The notes: generated by a model not told the origin, from the letters alone. A stretch of DNA of 53,848 nucleotides from Pseudomonadota bacterium (GCA_026388215.1 JAPLKF010000164.1:1-53848); one strand, 5' to 3'. Positions 34,641 to 44,642 are shown, numbered from the stretch's first letter. A program made the numbers and translations.

Positions 34641-35840
34641 CTAATATTTGAACATACCATCTTCATAGATAGTTATCTTTTTTCCAGAAGCAAGGCGGGC
34701 AGTCACCCTCTTCTTTTCCGTGTTGACAAAATCCCAGTGAAGGGCTGAATCGTTAAACCCCATCTCCTTTTTTATCTTTTTTGTCATCTCAGCCGGGTTC
34801 CCATCATACGTGTCGCTGTAAGAGGCTCCCAGGGCGATATGGCAGTTTCCAAAATTACCGCCATGGTTTTCATCAAAGAGTGTGTCTGCCATAAATCTAT
34901 CAATCCTTGAGAATCGTTTATCCGTGAGTGAAAATTCTCCGACCCTTGATGCCCCCCTATCCATGGATAGCTGTTTTACGACAAAATCCTCCCTTTTCTC
35001 TGCCGTAATTTTCACCACCGATCCTTTTTTAAATGTGAGGTGCACCCCCTCAACATAGTTTCCGCTCCGGAAAGAGGGGAGATTCGCATAGTACGTCCCT
35101 TCAGTTCCCCGCCAGTCAGGGGAGAGAAAGATCTCAAAGCTCGGGATGTTATGTCCGGAGATACCCACCCATTTTCTCTTATTTCCCAATGTAATCTTTA
35201 AATCGAAGTTCCGGGACTCTATATGGAGGTATTTTACCTCAAGGCTATTCAACCATTTCTTGATGTTACCCACATGCCTATAGATTGAGTTCCATTCCAG
35301 AACCGGATTATCCCTGTCAAGATAACAGGCCCTTACAATCTGTTCCGTGTACCCTTTCAGGGTTATCTTTGCCTCTTTGGCCAGTTCAGGGGTAGGAAGT
35401 GTACAGAGTGTCCAGCTATAGAGCCCTTTCTCCTCGCGGGCATCCAGGATATCGCGGAGAGGCTTTCTAAAAATTAGGACCTTTCCGATTTTCACCGGGT
35501 CTATGTCCTTGAGATGGGTGAGGAATTCCGGGGCACGGAGAAAAACCCTTCCGCTTAAATTCTCGCAGAGCTCTTTCTCCCCCGGTGCCTGGAAGATGAG
35601 CTGCCTTCCATTGGCCTTTTTATAGAAGTTGTGTTCCATACCAGAGGTCAGGCCCATTCGCTGGATAGGATTCATCCCCATATCAAGGATTCTGTCATAC
35701 AGGATTTCAGCGAGTTTGATGGCAGCGGGGTCATATTGCAGAAGGATAATATCGTTCTTCTTAAACTTACCCTTTCTTGCCGTTTTAAGTCCCCAGAGAA
35801 GTACATCTGCGTATTTATCGAGCTTAATATCTGTGAGCAT
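34641..35840 (-). CDS. M29-family aminopeptidase (AmpS/PepS/aminopeptidase T-like)
   Basis: ...RGASRVGEFSLTD..., ...DTLFDENHGGNFGNCHIALGASY... and ...NDSALHWDF... match the conserved C-terminal blocks of Thermus aminopeptidase T as I recall them. Confidence 0.75.
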   Translation of the reverse strand: MLTDIKLDKYADVLLWGLKTARKGKFKKNDIILLQYDPAAIKLAEILYDRILDMGMNPIQRMGLTSGMEHNFYKKANGRQLIFQAPGEKELCENLSGRVFLRAPEFLTHLKDIDPVKIGKVLIFRKPLRDILDAREEKGLYSWTLCTLPTPELAKEAKITLKGYTEQIVRACYLDRDNPVLEWNSIYRHVGNIKKWLNSLEVKYLHIESRNFDLKITLGNKRKWVGISGHNIPSFEIFLSPDWRGTEGTYYANLPSFRSGNYVEGVHLTFKKGSVVKITAEKREDFVVKQLSMDRGASRVGEFSLTDKRFSRIDRFMADTLFDENHGGNFGNCHIALGASYSDTYDGNPAEMTKKIKKEMGFNDSALHWDFVNTEKKRVTARLASGKKITIYEDGMFKY

Positions 35841-36002
35841 TGTACTCGTCCTCCTTGCATTCTATTTATATCAGACCTTTCCCCTTTCTTCAACCTGTGG
35901 TCCAAAAAAGTTATGGGATTCCCCTGCCTTGACGGAAAAAGAATAATGGGTTAGTCTTACATAGAAGTTAGAGGTAAACCCGTTCTTTTTAAGGAGGGTA
36001 GG

Positions 36003-37583
36003 GTGTTAGACCAAAATGCACTCCATGTCCTTAAGAAAAGGTATTTTATCAAGGACGAAAAGGGTAATCCAATAGAAACCCCTGAAGGGTTCTTTGCGCG
36101 GGTTGCAGGTTCCATTGCCCGGGCAGAGGAGAATTACAGGGAAGGACAGCGCGAAAAGATGGGAGAAGCCTTTTATCAGATGCTCTTAAATCTTGAATTT
36201 CTTCCCAACTCACCAGCACTTATGAATGCGGGCAGGGAACTCGGACAGCTTGCTGCCTGCTTTGTTCTGCCCGTTGAGGATTCCCTTGATTCCATATTTG
36301 ATTCGGTAAAACGGACGGCCAAGATTCATCAGTCAGGCGGTGGAACAGGGTTCTCATTCTCTAAACTAAGACCAAAAGATGACATTGTGGCTTCTACCAT
36401 GGGTGTTGCAAGCGGACCTGTATCCTTCATCAGGATCTTTAACATGGCAACGGAGGTGATAAAGCAGGGTGGCACAAGAAGGGGTGCAAATATGGGTATG
36501 CTCCGGATAGACCATCCTGATATAGAAGAGTTTGTAACAGTGAAAAGAGACCCGAGGGAGCTTGTCAACTTTAACCTTTCCGTTGCGGTGAGCGATGCAT
36601 TTATGAAGGCCTATAAGTCGGATAGTGAATTCCCCCTTATAAGCCCGAGAACAGAAAAGGTTGTAAAGAAGGTACGGGCCCGTGAGCTTTTCAGGCTCAT
36701 TGCGGAATCAGCATGGGATTCAGGTGAACCAGGCGTGATATTTATTGACACGATAAATAGATTTAACCCCACACCTCATATCGGAGAGATTGAGGCAACA
36801 AACCCCTGCGGTGAACAACCACTGCTGCCGTATGAATCGTGTTGCCTTGGCTCAATTAACCTCTCAAGGATGGTAAAGGATAATGCGATTGACTGGGAAA
36901 GACTGAAGGAGCTTACCCACCTTGGGGTTAGATTCCTTGACAATGTGATTGATGTAAATAAATATCCCCTCCCGGAGATTGAAAAGATAACAAAGGGTAA
37001 CAGAAAGATAGGCCTCGGTGTGATGGGATTTGCCCACATGTTGATCAAACTGGGAATACCTTATGACTCGCAAGATGCAGAGAAAATTGGTGGCCAGGTA
37101 ATGGATTTTATTCAGAGGGAGTCAAAAATAGCTTCAAAGGCACTTGCCGATGAGAGAGGTCCTTTCCCAAATTACAGGGGAAGCATGTGGGAAAAGAACA
37201 ACCTTTTACAGCGAAACGCCACGACAACAACGATCGCACCCACAGGCACCCTGAGTATTATTGCAGGCACTTCAAGTGGTATTGAGCCCATCTATGACAT
37301 CACGTATACAAGGATCCTCTTCGGTGATATACAGGTTGAGATTACTGACCCTCTCTATGCAAAGATGAAAGGGAGGCAGGGCGAATCTGAGAAGATAGTC
37401 AAGCTTTTCAGGAAGGCGTACCAGATTTCCCCATTTGATCACTTAAAAATCCAGAGGGCCTTTCAAAACCACGTTGACAATGCAGTTTCAAAAACAATAA
37501 ACCTTCCCGAGAGCGCCACACCCGAAACAATACTCAATATTTACCTCGAGGCGCACCCTCATCAATCCTCAGTCTTTTTCTAA
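36003..37583 (+). pseudogene. nrdJ: Class II (adenosylcobalamin) ribonucleotide reductase NrdJ, 3'-truncated
   Basis: Typical N-terminus (LDQNALHVLKKRYF...), NPCGEQPL active-site block, TTTIAPTGTLS and SKTINLP. After ...IYLEA (about 37553) the expected WKxGxKGxTVYRDGSR block is missing, and the frame ends in HPHQSSVFF*. Confidence 0.55.
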
Positions 37584-37960
37584 TTTTTCAATTTCATTGT
37601 ATCGTCAAGCCAATCAAGGATACGTTCATTAGAGATCACATTGGCCCCGATCTGGCAGTGTTCTTCCGCCCCTTCCTTTTCTGTAAAGAGTATAAAGTCC
37701 TTCGGGCATGTGAGGGCATTATACAACTGTATAGCCTGACCAGGCATATCCTTGTCCTCCTCTGAATCAGTAAGCGAGCATACGGCACCTGATTTTGTCC
37801 GCTATACCTTTCATCGTATAGGCGCGGGTCATAAGGAGCCATTCGTTCGGTGAGGCTGCCTGGAACGTAAACATTCCGTTTCCGATACTCCATCGAAGAG
37901 AAGGATTTTTCTTCATCTCAATATAGAGCGATTTATCAATTTCTTCCGAACCCTCTTTTG
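37580..37960 (-). pseudogene. Alpha/beta-hydrolase C-terminal fragment, 5'-truncated and frameshifted
   Basis: Two minus-strand frames together read ...KNPSLRWSIGNGMFTFQAASPNEWLLMTRAYTMKGIADKIRC / (shift about 37780) / SLTDSEEDKDMPGQAIQLYNALTCPKDFILFTEKEGAEEHCQIGANVISNERILDWLDDTMKLKN*. This is the usual C-terminal ...G..D...P...LY.AL...K....EGA.H... block of DLH/prolyl-oligopeptidase-type hydrolases. Confidence 0.5.
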
Positions 37961-37962
37961 TA

Positions 37963-39222
37963 TCAAGGGATTTCTCTTCCTCCTCCGTGAGGAGATGCCC
38001 CTCGCCGGCCCTTAATGCTCGCTGCAATGAACCACATCATTGAGAGCACCTGTAGCGCGAGCATCAGACCAAAGCCTACCTGGTAGGCAACCGGCTCATA
38101 ACCTCTATCGGTAGCGGGAGACCACAGATTGATCACCTCACCAATACCCCACTGCCCGCCAAAAGCTACCACAAATACCATCACATTTAGGCCCGTGTTT
38201 ACCCTTCCAGCAAGATTCTCCGGAAAACTCTGGGACAGGAATGCATATGTGATTATACTCGTGGTCCCAAAGAATCCAAATAGTATCCAAATAGACAATG
38301 TGAAAGGCGTCCATTGCAGGATAATCAGTGCCTGAACAACCATGAACACACTCATACCGGAAACGGCCACATGTAAGGGTTTTATCCCCAATCTGCTCAG
38401 GCATTCTACCACGGGCCCCAGCAGGGCGAAGCCAAAAAGCACCGCCGTAGCAATAGATAAAAGTCCATTGGCAACATTCATCCGATCTAAACCTGCCACG
38501 TCCCGCAGCCAAGGCCCTGCCCACAAGGTTTGTATGGCGAGAAATGTGGCTTGGGACATCGCAGCCCAGGGCGCGATTCGCCAAAAAACAGGGCTTGTAA
38601 ACACCTTGACGATGCCGCGTAACTGACCCTTCAGGTTGGCGTCCGCTCCTTCAGCCTTCCGATCCGGGACCACAAAAAGTATGGTGGCAGCTGTTGCCAG
38701 GGTGAGCACCGCTAACACCGTGAATATACCTCGCCAGTCTGTGACCTGCAAAGCTGCCTCTACGGGTGCAGTACCCGCAAGTGCACCAATCCCCCCCCCC
38801 GCCATTTGAATGCCATTTATAAGGTGTAATCGTTCTCTGGGGAACCAGATCACATAGGCTGTGAAGGCTGCCATCAAACAGGACGAGACGCCAAAACCGA
38901 TAAGGGCACGACCGACGATGAGGCCCCGGACGCTTTCCGCTCTTGCAAAGACAAAGGCTCCGATCGCGGCAAAAACCAGGAGGCAAGCCTCGGTTTTTCG
39001 TGGCCCGAAACGATCAAGCAGCACTCCCAGGGGGAGCTGAAAAGCGGCGAAAGTGAGGAAATAGACAGAAGTGAGAAGACCCAGATCTGCAGGATTTAGG
39101 CCTAGGTCTGCCACCAGATTAGGGGCAATGACCGCATTAACGACTCGATAAAAGTAGGAGATAAAGTACCCTATGGCAAAAGGTAGAAAGATACGTAGCA
39201 GGTATGCGCGTGAAGTAGTCAA
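37963..39222 (-). CDS. MFS transporter
   Basis: 419 aa with about 12 TM segments and ...LPLGVLLDRFGPRK... (MFS loop 2-3 motif). TTG start after AAAGGTGAG. G+C-rich. Confidence 0.8.
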   Translation of the reverse strand: MTTSRAYLLRIFLPFAIGYFISYFYRVVNAVIAPNLVADLGLNPADLGLLTSVYFLTFAAFQLPLGVLLDRFGPRKTEACLLVFAAIGAFVFARAESVRGLIVGRALIGFGVSSCLMAAFTAYVIWFPRERLHLINGIQMAGGGIGALAGTAPVEAALQVTDWRGIFTVLAVLTLATAATILFVVPDRKAEGADANLKGQLRGIVKVFTSPVFWRIAPWAAMSQATFLAIQTLWAGPWLRDVAGLDRMNVANGLLSIATAVLFGFALLGPVVECLSRLGIKPLHVAVSGMSVFMVVQALIILQWTPFTLSIWILFGFFGTTSIITYAFLSQSFPENLAGRVNTGLNVMVFVVAFGGQWGIGEVINLWSPATDRGYEPVAYQVGFGLMLALQVLSMMWFIAASIKGRRGASPHGGGREIP

Positions 39223-39276
39223 TAGCTCACCTTTTAGTATTTCGGGTATTTTAACATCCTTCTTAACTCTACACCG

Positions 39277-39323
39277 CCGGTTACGAAAAACTCCTGTTAC
39301 CTAAAATTCCCTGTTACCTAAAA
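39277..39323 (+). promoter_or_regulatory. Three direct repeats (CCKGTTACSWAAAA) at 16-17-nt spacing abutting the -35 box
   Basis: CCGGTTACGAAAAA (39277), CCTGTTACCTAAAA (39293) and CCTGTTACCTAAAA (39310). The last two are identical. Confidence 0.45.
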
Positions 39324-39330
39324 AATTCTC

Positions 39331-39358
39331 TTGACAAGAATACAAGTTAATATATAAC
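39331..39358 (+). promoter_or_regulatory. Candidate sigma70 promoter of the iclR-led operon
   Basis: TTGACA (39331-39336), a 16-nt spacer, then TATAAC (39353-39358), about 70 nt upstream of ATG 39429. Confidence 0.4.
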
Positions 39359-39428
39359 ATAATTTCTATAATATGACACATAGATATTACAATGTGAAAC
39401 TTTTTAATGAAACTGAAGAGATCTTCCT

Positions 39429-40229
39429 ATGAAAAATTCCAGAACGTATCAAATTAAGGTGTTGGATAAGGTGCTACAAATACTGGGCCTTTTTGATGAG
39501 AAAGGGAAGGAGTTAAAGGCCTCGGAACTCCACGAGAAACTGGGTCTTAATAAATCCACAACCTTTCGCATTTTGAACACATTAGCAGAGGCTGACTATC
39601 TTGAGAGAGATCCTCGCTCCCGTAAGTATCGCTTAGGGTTCAAGCTTTATTTCTTGGGCTCATTGATCGAAGGCCCCAATGAAATTCGCAAAATAGCTCG
39701 TCCGTTCTTGGAGGATCTACTACATAAATGTGAAGAAACCGTCCACCTCACGGTCCTTCATCATGGGGAAGCCCTTTACCTGGACAAGATTGACGGAAAG
39801 AGGTCCGTCCGCGTTGTATCCCGGGTCGGCATGAGACTCCCGGCTCACTGCTCAGGGGTGGGCAAAGTATTGCTTGCCGCTCTTCCAATAGAGTCCTTAG
39901 ATAGGATTATCAAAGAAAAAGGCTTGAGTCGGTTGACAGACAATACCATTACTAACGAGAAAAGCTTAAAGGCTCAACTAGCCAGGGTTCGAAAGCAAGG
40001 TTACGCCATTGATAATGAAGAGATCGAAATCGGACTGAAGTGCATTGCGGCTCCAATAACAGATTCAAAAGGTAACATAATTGCAGCTATCAGTGTAGCA
40101 GGACCCAAAGACCGGCTCAAGGAAGAAGCGACAATAATCCCACTTGTCATGGATACAGCAGCGGGCATTTCAAGGGCCCTAAAGGAAAGAGGCTTCGAAG
40201 CGGCATTTTTGTGTTCAGAAGCCAGATAG
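39429..40229 (+). CDS. IclR-family transcriptional regulator
   Basis: N-terminal wHTH ...VLDKVLQILGLF...LKASELHEKLGLNKSTTFRILNTLAEADYLERD... and a C-terminal IclR effector domain (...GLKCIAAPI...AAISVAGP...). Confidence 0.85.
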   Translation: MKNSRTYQIKVLDKVLQILGLFDEKGKELKASELHEKLGLNKSTTFRILNTLAEADYLERDPRSRKYRLGFKLYFLGSLIEGPNEIRKIARPFLEDLLHKCEETVHLTVLHHGEALYLDKIDGKRSVRVVSRVGMRLPAHCSGVGKVLLAALPIESLDRIIKEKGLSRLTDNTITNEKSLKAQLARVRKQGYAIDNEEIEIGLKCIAAPITDSKGNIIAAISVAGPKDRLKEEATIIPLVMDTAAGISRALKERGFEAAFLCSEAR

Positions 40230-40240
40230 GAGAGTTGGAA

Positions 40241-42262
40241 ATGAAAAGAGTAACCACCAAAGCGGCGTATGACTACAGTAAGTGCACAGGATGCCACACC
40301 TGTACCTATGTGTGCCCTTTCTTCGTCGTAACTAATCCCGTTGACCGTCCGTTGGAAAAGGACCAGACTCCTCCCTGTAGCAACGAGTGCCTCGCCTTTA
40401 ATGATGTTGAAGGTTTTATCGATCTTGCCGGAGAGGGAAAATTCTTCGAAGCTTGGAAACTCATTAAACAGAATAATCCTTTCCCATCCATAACCGGTAG
40501 GGTCTGTTATGCCCATTGTGAAGCAGGCTGTAATCGGGGGGGCTTCGATGAGCCGATCGCCATCAGTACTATCGAACGTTTCCTGGGTGACATGGCGTAC
40601 CAACGTGGCTGGAAATTGCCTATTCCGGAGACGCACAAAGAGGAACGGGTCGCTATCATCGGATCAGGGCCTGCGGGCCTGTCGTGTGCCTATCACTTGT
40701 CCCTCTTGGGATACCGACCTGTGGTTTTTGATGAAAGGCAAGCCGCCGGCGGAATGCTTCGGGTGGGCATACCCGAATATCGCTTACCCATAGCGATCCT
40801 TGATCGGGAGATCCAGGACATTGAGGAAATGGGGATTGAGATTCAGCTCGGACGAAAAATGGGTAGAGACTTTTCTTTTGAGGACCTCCAAAAGAAGTAT
40901 GACGCCCTGTTTGTAGCAATTGGAAGCCCGCAAAGCAGACCCCTGAATGTTCCCGGAGAAAATCTGCCGCAAGTTCTTCACGGACTGGCGTTTCTGGAGG
41001 AAGTGAAGTGCGGAAGGGCTCCGGCAATAGGCCCGCGCGTTGCCGTGATCGGGGGCGGAAATACTGCTATTGATGCTGCCCGGTCCGCTCTGCGGCTGGG
41101 AGCAGAGGTAACCTTGATCTATCGTCGATCCCGGGAAGAAATGCCGGCGAACTCAGAGGAAGTTATAGCTGCAGAGCAGGAAGGGGTGCGGATCAACTTC
41201 TTACAGACTCCGGTTGGCTTCGCTCCCCGTAACGGCGGAGTGGTCATGAGAGGAGTGCGCATGCAGCTCGGGGAACAGGATGAGACAGGTCGAAGGCGAC
41301 CCTCCCAGGTCCCCGGTTCTGATTTTGACATGGAATTCGACCACGTCATATTAGCGATTGGCGAAGGTCCTGATGCCGCTGTTGTTCCGAAAGAAATCTC
41401 CGACAGTGATGGGAAAGTAAAGGCGGACAACCGGGGATTGACAGGCATTAAAAAGGTGTTCAGCGGCGGAGATGTGGTGACAGGTCCCGCCTTCGTTTCC
41501 AAGGCCATTGGTATGGGCAAACGTGCAGCACAATCTGTTGAGGATCACCTTCAGAAGGGTTATCCCCGGACGGACCGGAATATCAAGGTCATCCTTCTCA
41601 AAGACATGAACATCGATTATTTCGATCGACAGTCCAGGGCTCCAGTGCCTCATCTAAGCTGGTCAGATGCGCGAAAGAGTTTTACCGAGGTCAAGGGGGG
41701 ATTGTCAGAACAATTGGTGCTTACTGAGGCATCTCGATGCCTTCACTGCGCGGTTCCGCCTGTTTATGATGAAAAGCGCTGCCTGGGGTGCAGCAATTGC
41801 GAGCAGCGCTGTCCCCACCAAGCCATTACGATGGTCCGCCGAGATGAGCCATTCGTGGTGGGTGTTGACATGGCTACGGTAGATGCAGGGCGTGTGCGCG
41901 AACTTTGCAGGAAAGCGCGGTTTAATCCTGAACAAATCGTCTGTTACTGCACGGAAACACGTGCCGAGGAAATTGCCGCAGCGATCCTGAAAGGGGCCGA
42001 CAGCCCGGCGGCGATAGGGGCTATGACCGGCGCCGGTTCGGGCTGCTCTGTAGAGTGCATCCAGCCAATGCTTCGGTTTTTGGAGGCTGCCGGAATCGCT
42101 GTCATCCCTCCCAAAGGGACGCAATGGTACGGAAGAACGACGACGGCCTGGGAGATTTCCAAGAAGATAACTGAAAAGCCGTCCTACCAAAAATTCCACT
42201 TTAAAGACGATCTCAATCTCCTGAATCGAGTTGTAGAAAAAGAAGAAAGGAGGAAGCCATGA
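40241..42262 (+). CDS. GltD/SudA/PreT-family NAD(P)H-dependent FAD/FeS oxidoreductase with extra ferredoxin and BFD-like domains
   Basis: N-terminal CTGCHTCTYVCP. Two dinucleotide motifs, VAIIGSGPAGLSCAY and VAVIGGGNTAIDAAR. A C-terminal CLGCSNCEQRCP, and a CYC...CSVEC pattern (41942-42058) resembling BFD-type [2Fe-2S] domains. ATG 40241 after AGGAGAG. Confidence 0.75.
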   Translation: MKRVTTKAAYDYSKCTGCHTCTYVCPFFVVTNPVDRPLEKDQTPPCSNECLAFNDVEGFIDLAGEGKFFEAWKLIKQNNPFPSITGRVCYAHCEAGCNRGGFDEPIAISTIERFLGDMAYQRGWKLPIPETHKEERVAIIGSGPAGLSCAYHLSLLGYRPVVFDERQAAGGMLRVGIPEYRLPIAILDREIQDIEEMGIEIQLGRKMGRDFSFEDLQKKYDALFVAIGSPQSRPLNVPGENLPQVLHGLAFLEEVKCGRAPAIGPRVAVIGGGNTAIDAARSALRLGAEVTLIYRRSREEMPANSEEVIAAEQEGVRINFLQTPVGFAPRNGGVVMRGVRMQLGEQDETGRRRPSQVPGSDFDMEFDHVILAIGEGPDAAVVPKEISDSDGKVKADNRGLTGIKKVFSGGDVVTGPAFVSKAIGMGKRAAQSVEDHLQKGYPRTDRNIKVILLKDMNIDYFDRQSRAPVPHLSWSDARKSFTEVKGGLSEQLVLTEASRCLHCAVPPVYDEKRCLGCSNCEQRCPHQAITMVRRDEPFVVGVDMATVDAGRVRELCRKARFNPEQIVCYCTETRAEEIAAAILKGADSPAAIGAMTGAGSGCSVECIQPMLRFLEAAGIAVIPPKGTQWYGRTTTAWEISKKITEKPSYQKFHFKDDLNLLNRVVEKEERRKP

Positions 42263-43704
42263 GAAGTGGACCTATTCAGCCCGCCGGGCTCAGGAAATCT
42301 CAATACGGTGTGGATCCGGCCCTTGTCAAGAAACGGGGCGCAGAACTGCCAGGGGTGGTCTCTGTGCTCATAACCGATCTCTTTCCCGACCTTCCACAAA
42401 CCATTTATCCAGGAAAGGAAGGAGTTTCTGCTATACGCCAAGAAACTGAATCGGCACTGGCCAAGGTGGACTTGAGCCGCATAAAACGCGGGCAGACTGT
42501 GAATGTTCTTGCATCGCATCATGGGTTCACCATCCTTGGTGGGGAGCCGTATGCAGAAATGATCCGGACCATCAAAGACGTCGTCGCAAGCCGCACCGGT
42601 GCACAGGTTCGGCTGAGAGCCGGTGTTGGATTGCGGTTTCGCGAGACTGAGGAATATATTAGATCCTTTGGCCTCGACACGCACTTTCAAGGTCAAGCCA
42701 TAGGCATGGCCCCTATCGACCGCGGAGTTGCCATTGAGACCGAAATCGGGACTCTTTATGGACTAAACAAGGCCTATGATGCTGACTGGATTATACATGC
42801 TCATAATAGCGATGTCCGGGAGATTCATTTCCATCGTCAGGTGGATAGAGCCATAAAACCTTTTGCAATGTCCTATGCGAGAATTGAGACTCGCTCCACT
42901 TACCACCAAAACCTTGGGCCGCGGGGAGCGAACTTTGTGGCCCGGGCTATTTTCAATTCGGAATTTGTACAAAAGAAATTCGCCTTCGCGTGCTTCCTAA
43001 TCATGGCTCCGCACGGGGTTGTCAAGGTGGATGCAGATAATGATCTAGATGCTCTCGACCAAAGGGTGAACGTAGCAGGATTTAAGTACTATGGGAAAGT
43101 TCTCAATCTCTTTGGCGAGATTGATGCCTGCATTGCGGTGCTAGATTTTTCATGTCCCGTTTGCTATGTGTTTGCTGGAGGGGTAATTTACGCAAACTTC
43201 CTGGGAGCGAATCGTGATCTCTTTGATCTAGAAGAGACTCCCCTTCCCTCTTACACGTGGTATACCGAGGCCTTCTACAATCGAAAAGGCAGGCCTATGC
43301 TTTCAGAGATTCCCCCGGTGAATCCGGCAATAAAAATGGTGGTTCAAAATCACGCCTGGGGCGGATACCCCAGCAAATTTTTTGCCGAACATGTTCCAAC
43401 GATAGTTGTAGGCCGAGAGCAGGGCGATCTTTTCAACATGGATTCTCAAAACCTCAGGTACATGGAGCATGCTGTTACTGCGGATTCGCTAGAAAGCGCC
43501 ATGGATTTTGCTTACCGAGTTACAGGGACGGACCAGGTGATCATCTTTGACGGCGCTGCGGGCGGCTTCAACCTCAGCGCCTCACTTGCCAAGCGGCTTG
43601 AGAAAGCCGCTCCCGAGGTTAGCAGGCGAGTAGAGAAAGAGCTTCTGCCCAAATGGATAAGGCAGAGGGGAATCGATTCTGAGGTCCTTAGCATGCTGCC
43701 CTGA
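42259..43704 (+). CDS. Uncharacterised 481-aa protein (no family recognised)
   Basis: Long ORF with operon-like codon usage and an ATGA overlap with the reductase stop. Not LarA-like by motif comparison (no DxTR / GxHR blocks). Soluble, with no Cys clusters. Confidence 0.6.
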   Translation: MRSGPIQPAGLRKSQYGVDPALVKKRGAELPGVVSVLITDLFPDLPQTIYPGKEGVSAIRQETESALAKVDLSRIKRGQTVNVLASHHGFTILGGEPYAEMIRTIKDVVASRTGAQVRLRAGVGLRFRETEEYIRSFGLDTHFQGQAIGMAPIDRGVAIETEIGTLYGLNKAYDADWIIHAHNSDVREIHFHRQVDRAIKPFAMSYARIETRSTYHQNLGPRGANFVARAIFNSEFVQKKFAFACFLIMAPHGVVKVDADNDLDALDQRVNVAGFKYYGKVLNLFGEIDACIAVLDFSCPVCYVFAGGVIYANFLGANRDLFDLEETPLPSYTWYTEAFYNRKGRPMLSEIPPVNPAIKMVVQNHAWGGYPSKFFAEHVPTIVVGREQGDLFNMDSQNLRYMEHAVTADSLESAMDFAYRVTGTDQVIIFDGAAGGFNLSASLAKRLEKAAPEVSRRVEKELLPKWIRQRGIDSEVLSMLP

Positions 43705-43733
43705 GAACAAAAATTAGGAGGATTACGGTTAAC

Positions 43734-44630
43734 ATGAACAGTACGGGATATCTCCTTCAAACAGCGAAGTTGTTGGACCTCCGACGCGAGGAGGGCGGCT
43801 CCGTGTTTGAAGAAAAGGGAATGGACAGTAGCAACGACATCCGTGTGCAGATCTTCCGGGGTCACATGGCTCGTCGCATCACCGGCTGTATCGTGGTTGA
43901 AGCCGCAGGGGTTCTAAGCGGTATCCAGCGAGCCCGTCATCAGATGGAATTACTGGGGCTCTCTTTAGTCTCGGATTTGACGGACGGGACGCCTCTTGAC
44001 GAGGGACAGGAATTTGCCAGGGTAGTCGGAAATCCTCTTCAAATTGCACAGGCAGAAGAAAGAATAATTGGGGTCCTTTCAAAATCATCTGGAATTGCGA
44101 CAGCTGCCCGACAGGCTCGGCTCCTAGCTGGAAAAAGATGCCGTGTCGTCTCGGGTGGCTGGAAAAAGATGCCTTTGGAGATCAAAAACCAGGTCCGGCA
44201 AGCGCTACTCGATGGTGGCATAGATACCCGTATGTACGAAGATAACTTTGTATACTTGGACAAGAATTATGTCCGTATTTTCGGTGGAGTAGCGAAGGCC
44301 ATCCGTGCGGTGGCTTCGTTGGGGCGGGCTGTGGTAATTCAAGTCCGGGGGGAATTTGAACCTATACGCGATGAGGCTGTAAAGGCTGCTCAAATGGGTG
44401 CTTCCGTGGTGATGGTCGATACCGGTCGCTTGGATCACTTGACCCAGGTGATCCAAGCATTGAAAGACACTGGTTTACGTTCCAGAGTACGTATAGCCTT
44501 TGCCGGAAATATATCACTGTCGAATCTTGAGAATTTGACCCAGATGGACCTGGACGTTGTAGACATCGGATACGCTATTCTTGATGCCCGTTGCTTACGA
44601 ATGCGCTTTGATGTTGTTAAGGTGGAGTGA
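43734..44630 (+). CDS. Divergent type II phosphoribosyltransferase-fold protein (NadC/ModD-like)
   Basis: Collinear with E. coli NadC as recalled: AEERIIGVLSKSSGIATAAR ~ GERTALNFVQTLSGVASKVR; VVIQVRGEF...AAQMGASVVMVDTG ~ VEVEVENLEE...KAGADIIMLDN; IAFAGNISLSNL...DLDVVDIGYAIL ~ LEVSGNVTDKTL...GVDFISVGALT. However, DTRKT becomes SGGWKK. Confidence 0.6.
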   Translation: MNSTGYLLQTAKLLDLRREEGGSVFEEKGMDSSNDIRVQIFRGHMARRITGCIVVEAAGVLSGIQRARHQMELLGLSLVSDLTDGTPLDEGQEFARVVGNPLQIAQAEERIIGVLSKSSGIATAARQARLLAGKRCRVVSGGWKKMPLEIKNQVRQALLDGGIDTRMYEDNFVYLDKNYVRIFGGVAKAIRAVASLGRAVVIQVRGEFEPIRDEAVKAAQMGASVVMVDTGRLDHLTQVIQALKDTGLRSRVRIAFAGNISLSNLENLTQMDLDVVDIGYAILDARCLRMRFDVVKVE

Positions 44631-44642
44631 GAGAAAACTGTC

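Noticed and set aside
35841-36002. I looked for a cobalamin riboswitch or NrdR boxes upstream of nrdJ.
   Set aside because: I found no B12-box-like sequence and no 16-bp NrdR-type palindrome. There is only a plausible RBS (AAGGAGGG) before the GTG start.
37636-38027. ORF-track entries 37636..37893 and 37767..38027 (minus) as independent genes.
   Set aside because: They are alternative frames across a decayed alpha/beta-hydrolase fragment. The credible hydrolase sequence switches frame near 37780 and continues to the stop at 37580-37582.
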